Positions 38,314 to 44,798 of a DNA stretch of 64,000 bases are shown here, one piece after another. The stretch spans positions 7,273-71,272 of the forward strand of contig CAKVGH010000005.1 of NCBI GenBank assembly GCA_934747255.1, in the 5' to 3' direction. Position 1 is the stretch's first letter, and each line of letters starts with the position of its first letter. The notes beneath the pieces are model-generated. The model made no database searches and was not told where the DNA came from. It saw nothing but the letters and a program-made list of their open reading frames with translations. The stretch comes from an uncultured Clostridia bacterium (GTDB lineage: Bacteria; Bacillota; Clostridia; Christensenellales; UBA1242). A program made the translations under genes and the position numbers.

Positions 38314-39138
38314 CTAGTTTACTCTCTTAATGATAAATTTTGAAGAATTCTTTTTCTTATTTCTTGTCTTACCAACAGCCTTCTTACCCCAAGGTGTCAT
38401 AGGTGCAGAGTGACCAACTGGGTTCTTACCTTCACCACCACCATGTGGGTGATCAACTGGGTTCATAACAGCACCACGAACATGTGGTCTAACGCCCATG
38501 TGACGCATTCTTCCTGCTTTACCAATATTTACAATTTCATGATCCAAGTTACCAACTTGACCTACTGTTGCACGGCAAGCAAGTACTACTGTTCTCATTT
38601 CTCCTGATGGAAGTCTTAAAGTTGCTCTTCCATTTTCCTTAGCCATTAAACGAACTTCGTTACCAGCACTTCTGCCGATTGCTCCGCCCTTTCCTGGTTC
38701 CATTTCTACATTGTGGATAACGATACCTACTGGCATACTGTCAAGTGGCATTGCGTTTCCTACCTTAACTTCAACATTCTTACCGCTGATAACTGTGTCA
38801 CCAACATTAAGTCCGTTTGGAGCTAAAATATATCTCTTTTCGCCATCAGCATAATTAAGTAATGCGATGTTTGCTGTTCTGTTTGGGTCATATTCCAAAC
38901 TAACAACCTTTGCTGGAATATCGTCTTTATTTCTCTTAAAGTCGATAACTCTGTATTTTCTTCTATTTCCACCACCGATGTGACGAACTGTTATTCTACC
39001 ATAACTATTGCGTCCACCTGTCTTTTTAAGACTTGTTAGCAAACTCTTTTCTGGTGCAACCTTTGAAAGATTAGAATAATCAAGAGTGCTTAAATGTCTC
39101 ATTGAAGGAGTGGTTGGTCTATTTGTTTTCAAAGCCAT
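38314..39138 (-). CDS. rplB: 50S ribosomal protein L2
   Basis: [15 protein letters not shown]...[19 protein letters not shown]. Confidence 0.96.
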   Translation of the reverse strand: MALKTNRPTTPSMRHLSTLDYSNLSKVAPEKSLLTSLKKTGGRNSYGRITVRHIGGGNRRKYRVIDFKRNKDDIPAKVVSLEYDPNRTANIALLNYADGEKRYILAPNGLNVGDTVISGKNVEVKVGNAMPLDSMPVGIVIHNVEMEPGKGGAIGRSAGNEVRLMAKENGRATLRLPSGEMRTVVLACRATVGQVGNLDHEIVNIGKAGRMRHMGVRPHVRGAVMNPVDHPHGGGEGKNPVGHSAPMTPWGKKAVGKTRNKKKNSSKFIIKRVN

Positions 39139-39150
39139 AATGTCCTCCTA

Positions 39151-39447
39151 TTATGATAGACTATCGAAGAACTCAATAGATTTGCTGTCAGCAGTAAGTG
39201 TAACAAATGCTTTTTTGTAACTTGCTGTATAGCCAGATGTTCTTCCTCTATCTTGTGATTTTAATTTTCCTTGAACATTCAATGTGTTCACTTTTGAAAC
39301 TTTAACCTTAAAGATGTTTTCGATTGCTTTTTTAATTTCTACTTTGCTTGCATCTTTTGCAACCATAAATGTGTACTTTTTGTTAGCAATGTCTGCATAA
39401 CTCTTTTCTGTTAAAATTGGCTTAATAATAATATCATAATCTCTCAT
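39151..39447 (-). CDS. rplW: 50S ribosomal protein L23
   Basis: IIKPILTEKSYADIANKKYTFMVAKDASKVEIKKAIENIFKVKV. Confidence 0.94.
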   Translation of the reverse strand: MRDYDIIIKPILTEKSYADIANKKYTFMVAKDASKVEIKKAIENIFKVKVSKVNTLNVQGKLKSQDRGRTSGYTASYKKAFVTLTADSKSIEFFDSLS

Positions 39448-40073
39448 TATTCTGCGTAAGCCTCCTCAATTGTTTTGATTGCTTCTTTGCTTGCTAAAAC
39501 ATTTTTGTTTGCAACAATTTGGTATGTGTTAACAAGTTTTGCATCAACAACTTCCAAGTTTGGAATGTTTGCTGTTGCTCTCAACAAGTTTTCGTCAGCG
39601 TTTAATGTAACGAACAATGTTTTTCCAGCAAACTTGAAATTATCAATAACTTCTTGTGCAAGTTTTGTTTTTCCTGCTTCTAATTCGAAGTTGTTAACGA
39701 CCTTAAATTCCTTGTTTGCAAGTTTTGTTGATAATGCACTAGCAAATGCTGATTTTCTTGTTGATTTATTAACTTTCTTTGAAAAGTCCCTTGGCTTTGG
39801 TGCAAATACAACACCACCACCTGTGAATTGTGGACCTTTTGTGTCGCCGTGACGAGCACGACCTGTATGTTTTTGAGCCCAAGGTTTTTTAGCATGTCCT
39901 CTAACTTCACTACGAGTTAAGGTGCTTTTGTTGCCTTGTCTTTGATTAGCAAGATATGCAACAACTACTTCGTGAATCAATGCTTCGTTATATTCAGCGC
40001 CGAAAACATTTTCTTTCAAGGTCATTGTTCCAACTTCTTCTGCTTTCAAATTATAAACTTTAACTTTTGGCAT
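39447..40073 (-). CDS. rplD: 50S ribosomal protein L4
   Basis: QRQGNKSTLTRSEVRGHAKKPWAQKHTGRARHGDTKGPQFTGGGVVFAPKPRDF. Confidence 0.95.
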   Translation of the reverse strand: MPKVKVYNLKAEEVGTMTLKENVFGAEYNEALIHEVVVAYLANQRQGNKSTLTRSEVRGHAKKPWAQKHTGRARHGDTKGPQFTGGGVVFAPKPRDFSKKVNKSTRKSAFASALSTKLANKEFKVVNNFELEAGKTKLAQEVIDNFKFAGKTLFVTLNADENLLRATANIPNLEVVDAKLVNTYQIVANKNVLASKEAIKTIEEAYAE

Positions 40074-40093
40074 AATTTTTAACTCCTTTTATC

Positions 40094-40729
40094 CTATTTT
40101 GCTTTTACAGCGCTCTTGATTGTAACTATTGCACCAGTAGAACCAGGAATAGCACCTTTAATCAATAATATATTGCGGTCTGCATCAACCTTTACGATTT
40201 GAAGATTTTGGATTGTAACTTTTTCGTTACCATATTGTCCTGGCATCTTCTTGCCTTTTAATACTCTTGATACATGTGAGTTAGCACCAGTAGAACCAAC
40301 TGACCTGTGTGTTAATGAAACACCGTGAGTCATTCTTAATCTGCCGTGATTCCATCTTTGAATAACGCCAGTGTATCCACGACCTCTTGTTTTACCAGAA
40401 ACATCGACCATATCGCCTTCTGCAAACATATCACATTTGATTACTGAACCAACTTCGTAGTTGTCCATACCATCAATTTTGATTTCTGCAACATGTTTCT
40501 TTGGTGTAACATTGGCTTTTTTGAATTCGCCAAGTTCTGCTTTATTAAGTAAGTTTTCTCTTGTTTCCAAGAATGCTACTTTCAAAGCATCGTATCCATC
40601 TTTATCAACTGTCTTTTTTTGAATAACAGAAAGTGGACCTGCTTCTACAACAGTTACAGGAATAACTAAACCCTTGTCTGAAAAGATTTGTGTCATTCCA
40701 AGTTTCTTTCCTAAAAATTGTTTTTTCAT
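40094..40729 (-). CDS. rplC: 50S ribosomal protein L3
   Basis: LGKKLGMTQIFSDKGLVIPVTVVEAGP...GKTRGRGYTGVIQRWN. Confidence 0.95.
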   Translation of the reverse strand: MKKQFLGKKLGMTQIFSDKGLVIPVTVVEAGPLSVIQKKTVDKDGYDALKVAFLETRENLLNKAELGEFKKANVTPKKHVAEIKIDGMDNYEVGSVIKCDMFAEGDMVDVSGKTRGRGYTGVIQRWNHGRLRMTHGVSLTHRSVGSTGANSHVSRVLKGKKMPGQYGNEKVTIQNLQIVKVDADRNILLIKGAIPGSTGAIVTIKSAVKAK

Positions 40730-40743
40730 CTTCCGTCACCGCC

Positions 40744-41052
40744 TTATAGTTTGATATTGATGTCTACGCCTGCTGGAAGGTCAAGTTTCATTAAACCGTC
40801 AACTGCTTTTGCTGATGGTGTTAAAACATCAATAATCCTTTTGTGTGTTCTAATTTCGAATTGTTCACGACTATCTTTGTGTTTGTGTGGTGAACGAATT
40901 ACTGTTACAACTTCCTTGTCTGTTGGAAGTGGTATTGGGCCACTGATTGTGCAACCCAATTTTTCAGCAGTATGAATAATTCTTGCTGCTGCTTGGTCAA
41001 TCAAAGAATGATCGAACGCTTTGAGTTTTATTCTAATTTTTTGTGTTGCCAT
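40744..41052 (-). CDS. rpsJ: 30S ribosomal protein S10
   Basis: [33 protein letters not shown]. Start trimmed to ATG 41052 (SD GGAGGAAAA). Confidence 0.95.
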   Translation of the reverse strand: MATQKIRIKLKAFDHSLIDQAAARIIHTAEKLGCTISGPIPLPTDKEVVTVIRSPHKHKDSREQFEIRTHKRIIDVLTPSAKAVDGLMKLDLPAGVDINIKL

Positions 41053-41257
41053 TTTTCCTCCATTATTTTTGTTAAACAAGTATATATTAACACTGCCCCG
41101 TGTGTTTCCTGACTACGAACTTAAAAAAAGCGGAACAATGCGTCTTGTTTAATCGTTTGACTGGCTGTCAAACTAGTCGACCAAAATTCTCTCCACAAGC
41201 CATAATGACTGCTCGTGTAGTAACCTTTGGCGTCAACCCATAGTCCATAGCAGGTAT
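41053..41257 (-). promoter_or_regulatory. Structured, GC-enriched ~200-nt 5' leader of the S10 operon (candidate r-protein autoregulatory or attenuator RNA)
   Basis: My hand count gives 71 G+C in 160 nt (41091..41250), against very AT-rich neighbouring spacers. Hairpins are CACGAGC/GCUUGUG (41194..41217) and GUUUGAC-AGCCA-GUCAAAC (41155..41173). A U7 tract sits at 41123..41129, and a 9-bp long-range pairing joins 41144..41152 to 41072..41080 next to the SD. Confidence 0.45.
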
Positions 41258-41262
41258 ATTGT

Positions 41263-41271
41263 ATTATATCA
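41263..41271 (-). promoter_or_regulatory. Extended -10 promoter TGaTATAAT of the S10 operon
   Basis: Minus strand reads cttGaTATAATac. A TTGACT sits upstream but only 12 nt away, so the extended -10 is the main signal. Confidence 0.55.
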
Positions 41272-41402
41272 AGCAAATAAAGTCAATAGTTTTTTGCAAG
41301 TTTTTCAAAATTTATTTTTCAACTTTTTTGCGGTATTTTTTGCTAAATATTTCACTTCCAAAATATACGATTTTATATTCTCAAACTCTTTATAAGCACA
41401 AC

Positions 41403-41426
41403 AAAAAAGCCAGCACTATGGCTGAC
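41403..41426 (-). terminator. Terminator of the DUF1858 gene (orientation-specific)
   Basis: Minus RNA reads GUCAGC-CAUAGU-GCUGGC (6 bp including one GU) followed by UUUUUU. The same stem has a C-A mismatch on the plus strand. Confidence 0.7.
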
Positions 41427-41452
41427 TTAAATTTTTTTATTGATATTTCATT

Positions 41453-41653
41453 TTATCTTTCGTTGAGTTTTTTTATTAGCAAATCAATATCTATTCCGTG
41501 AACGCTTGCGGCTTCCTCGAGTGACTCCATTTGAGCAGCAGGACAAGCAAAGCAATGCATTCCAAATCCCATAAGAATTGTTCCCGCATCTTTTTTATAA
41601 TTAAGCACTTCGGCAAGTGTCATATCTTTTTTAATTTCTATTTTCTTTCTCAT
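41453..41653 (-). CDS. DUF1858 / hybrid-cluster-protein-associated redox disulfide domain protein
   Basis: MTLAEVLNYKKDAGTILMGFGMHCFACPAAQMESLEEAASVHGIDIDLLIKKLN, with the CxxC in its typical context. Start trimmed to ATG 41653 (SD AAGGAG). Confidence 0.8.
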   Translation of the reverse strand: MRKKIEIKKDMTLAEVLNYKKDAGTILMGFGMHCFACPAAQMESLEEAASVHGIDIDLLIKKLNER

Positions 41654-41983
41654 AACTTTCTCCTTTAACAAATATAGTATAAACTTTTATTTTATCGTTT
41701 GCAACAGTCAAAAATGATTTTTTCAAAAAACTTACAATTATTTGATAACCATATTGGCTTTAATTAAACATTCTTATCGTTTTTCATTATTTTGTTTTTT
41801 TGCTTTTTGATTTTTTTATTTGTGTATTGTCATATTATAGTAGCGAATTTCAATTTAGAGTTTAATCAAATTTTATTTAGCAAGAACACTTAAATAACAG
41901 CAAAATATTTAGTCAACTTTTACCAACAAATATATTCAATTTTTTATTTTATATTTTAAGGTTTTTATTCTACTTAATATATA

Positions 41984-43594
41984 TTATATAACTATACTCT
42001 TACAATTTGGGCAGACGAAGTCGCCGTTGTCAATTTCCGTTCCGCACTTTTCGCATATCTTTTTGAAGCCACTTTGGCAGTTAAAGCACACTACCGCACT
42101 CTTTGGGTTTATTGAGCCACATTTTTTGCACTTTTTGTATGCAACTCTCGACTGCAACTGTTCCAAACTTTCGCTTGGCTGTGGAATATCGTCTATCTGT
42201 TCGTTGTCCATAAAATAGTCATCATCTACTGGCTCACTGCTGTTTTCCACCATTTGTTCTAATTTTTGCGATTGGCTAGCATTTTCCACTTGCCGTTCAT
42301 CTTCACGCAAAGCACCGCCATTTTGATTATTTGAAAAGTTGTCTATGCTTTGACTATTTACACCATTTTGATTGATATTGTCTTGCACTTTTTGCAAGTC
42401 ACTATTCACAACCGTGTTTTGACCGCTATTTTTGTTATAGGCATTTTGCAAGTCGTCAAAAGCAGGAATATCATTGGAAAAATCAAACCTTCGTGAAGTT
42501 GAATTTTTTTGTTGATAAGAACTATCATCTATATTTTGTTGATTATCGTCCGCAAACTGATTATCTTCAAATTCGGCTAGGGATTGATTTCCTTGCACAT
42601 CGCTATTAGCCTGTTTTTTTGGCTGGTTATCACTTGCTTCACTATTACCCATTGAGTCATTGCCCGAATACTGCAAGTTTTGATAGCCGTTTTGATAGTC
42701 GTTTGCACTCCAACCATAGTTTTTATCATACCACCTACCGCTTGGGTTTGGAGCATTGTTATTTGGCTCGGCATTTTTTAGTTGTGGCTGATTATTTTCC
42801 AGCAAGTCACTATCATTTTTCAGTTGCGGTTGATTATTATCAAGTTGCGATTGTTTTTGCCTATCTACTTCAACATTTTCGTCAAATTTAAGTTGAACCG
42901 ACTTATAAACCTTCTTTGGCAAAATAGTTTGTTCCACCAAAACTGACGAATATTCAACGCCGACATCTCGCATATTTTTGTTTAGGTACTCAATAAGCCC
43001 ATCAAAGCACGAGTTATCTCTTTCGTATAATTCTTCTATTGTAGGCTTATTTTTTTGGACTTTTCTATCAACCAAAGTACCTGTCCAAATATCAAGTTGT
43101 CTTTCGGCAAGAGTGGTATTGATTAGACCATAAACTTTAAGTAGTGCATCTAAAAATAGTTGTGGGTCTTTTAGCGTAAAGGTATACTTGCCTTTTACAA
43201 AACAAGTTGAACCTAAAAATTGTTTGTCTTTTTTGATATAAATTCCTTCCACACTCGCAAAAGGCTTGTCTTTAATCTCGTTAAGATTCAAAAAGTAAAT
43301 ATCTGCATAAAACGAGTTTTTATACTTGCCTTTTTTGTTGGGAACATTGAGTTTTGCATTGCGGGTTAAAATTGGCAAATTTTCGATAGAAAGTTTGTGC
43401 TCACCACTAATAAATCTATCGCAAACTTTTTCCGCATACACCAAAAAACAAATGTAGCCTTCTGGAACAACAAGTGGTTTTCCAAGCGCAATTTTACTGC
43501 TACCCTTGGAACGAATTAAAAGTTCTGTTCCGGCAAATTTGCCTATCTTCACAGGTTTAACAAATAAGTTTTTTATTTTTTGAAATAAGCCCAT
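41984..43594 (-). CDS. SPFH-like (YdjI/COG4260-type) protein with a ~200-aa Q/N-rich low-complexity domain and a C-terminal double zinc ribbon
   Basis: MGLFQKIKNLF..., LVVPEGYICFLVYAEKVCDRF..., NLPILTRN, YFLNLNE and GKYTFTLKDPQLFLD follow the COG4260 pattern. The C-terminus reads CKKCGSINPKSAVVCFNCQ...CEKCGTEIDNGDFVCPNCK. Start trimmed to ATG 43594 (SD AGGAG). Confidence 0.7.
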   Translation of the reverse strand: MGLFQKIKNLFVKPVKIGKFAGTELLIRSKGSSKIALGKPLVVPEGYICFLVYAEKVCDRFISGEHKLSIENLPILTRNAKLNVPNKKGKYKNSFYADIYFLNLNEIKDKPFASVEGIYIKKDKQFLGSTCFVKGKYTFTLKDPQLFLDALLKVYGLINTTLAERQLDIWTGTLVDRKVQKNKPTIEELYERDNSCFDGLIEYLNKNMRDVGVEYSSVLVEQTILPKKVYKSVQLKFDENVEVDRQKQSQLDNNQPQLKNDSDLLENNQPQLKNAEPNNNAPNPSGRWYDKNYGWSANDYQNGYQNLQYSGNDSMGNSEASDNQPKKQANSDVQGNQSLAEFEDNQFADDNQQNIDDSSYQQKNSTSRRFDFSNDIPAFDDLQNAYNKNSGQNTVVNSDLQKVQDNINQNGVNSQSIDNFSNNQNGGALREDERQVENASQSQKLEQMVENSSEPVDDDYFMDNEQIDDIPQPSESLEQLQSRVAYKKCKKCGSINPKSAVVCFNCQSGFKKICEKCGTEIDNGDFVCPNCKSIVI

Positions 43595-43723
43595 ACAATC
43601 TCCTAAAATTAGTATATCACAATTTTTTTTAATTACAAATTTTATTTTGTTCATCAACTTTTTGTTTTTGATAATAATTAGAAACTTGTCCACATATATT
43701 TTAGTAAAGACTTTGGAGGAAAT

Positions 43724-44689
43724 ATGAAAAAATTAACAGAACTTTTGGGCAAACCTGTTTTGAGCCTATACGAGAGTGTAACACAAGGTGTAGTAAAAGA
43801 TGCCTTGTTTGACAAAAATTTTAAGAGATTAAAATACCTAGTGCTTTTTGATGATAATGAGTTTCAAGAAGAAAAACTAATTGGTATAAACGAAATTTAC
43901 AGCAATGGCAAAAATGCCATAATTATCAAAAATGATGCCTGTGTCGACTGCGTTGCAAAAATTGTTGATGAGATTACAAATCCAATAAACAACCTTGTCT
44001 ACACCACTTTGGGCTCACTACTTGGCACTGCAACAGACATTATTTTTGACGACAAATATTACATCAAAAAAATAGTACTCAATACTGGCACAGAGATTGA
44101 TATTGAAAACATTGTAACTAGCGGTAAAGACGCTATGTTTGTTCAAGACCAAGACAACATTGTAAAACTTTGCTCTTTCAAAAAAAAGGCAGTATCAAAC
44201 CCAACTAGCAACAATCAAATAAAAGTGGAAATATTAAATCGTAGTAAAGAGAATTATTCTCACGAAAACCTAGTAGAAACTTCGCTAGTAACCACTGAAA
44301 ATGATTTTCAAAAAATTATAAATCAAACTGGCGAAAATTCAGTAGAAGACATTACAGTTAATAACACAACTGCTGAAAATAAAGAAAACGCTATTGATAC
44401 TAATTATCAATATGCTGAACAAGATAATTTGGATACCAATAATGCAGAAAAAGTGCAACAAACAGCAGTGCCAATTAAGCCAAAAAAGAAAGTTATTTTG
44501 CAAGAAGATTGTTTGCCTAAAATAGTTGCTAGTAAAAACAACTTTTTAATAGGCCGAAAAGTAACCAAAAATATCTATTCATTCAACCACGAACTTATTA
44601 TAAAGAAAAACACTCGTGTCACAGAAAAAACTATTGTAATAGCAAAATCTCATTCAAAAATTAAAGAACTTTCACTCTACTCTATTTAG
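43724..44689 (+). CDS. Protein with two PRC-barrel-like domains and a long linker
   Basis: LLGKPVLSLYESVTQGVVKDALFDKNFKRLKYLVL and LVYTTLGSLLGTATDIIFDDKYYIKKIVL resemble YlmC/YmxH-type PRC barrels. SD GGAGG. It is divergent from the SPFH gene. Confidence 0.6.
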   Translation: MKKLTELLGKPVLSLYESVTQGVVKDALFDKNFKRLKYLVLFDDNEFQEEKLIGINEIYSNGKNAIIIKNDACVDCVAKIVDEITNPINNLVYTTLGSLLGTATDIIFDDKYYIKKIVLNTGTEIDIENIVTSGKDAMFVQDQDNIVKLCSFKKKAVSNPTSNNQIKVEILNRSKENYSHENLVETSLVTTENDFQKIINQTGENSVEDITVNNTTAENKENAIDTNYQYAEQDNLDTNNAEKVQQTAVPIKPKKKVILQEDCLPKIVASKNNFLIGRKVTKNIYSFNHELIIKKNTRVTEKTIVIAKSHSKIKELSLYSI

Positions 44690-44758
44690 CAAATAATTTT
44701 AGCCATAAATTTACCATTTACCTTCCTTAAAAAAACTTATAAAAAAAATTTAGCCAAC

Positions 44759-44788
44759 AAAAAAACCACCCCAAAGGGTGATTTTTTA
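44759..44788. terminator. Bidirectional terminator between the PRC-barrel gene and the 884-aa gene
   Basis: aaaaaaaCCACCC-caaa-GGGTGattttttatttt. Confidence 0.8.
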
Positions 44789-44798
44789 TTTTATAAAA

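Noticed and set aside
41053-41257. Whether the GC-rich element upstream of rpsJ is a known RNA: SRP/4.5S RNA, 6S RNA, a T-box, or a purine, ZTP or other riboswitch.
   Set aside because: GUCAGG...GGCAG vaguely recalls SRP helix 8, but the GGAA tetraloop hairpin and the AGCAGC strand are missing. There is no T-box (GGUGGUACCGCG) and I could see no riboswitch core sequence. It is contiguous with the rpsJ SD, so I treat it as an unclassified leader. This needs cmscan to be certain.
41259-41501. An 80-aa plus-strand ORF between the S10 promoter and the DUF1858 gene.
   Set aside because: It overlaps the S10 promoter, a minus-strand terminator and the 3' end of the DUF1858 gene. It is low-complexity with no SD.
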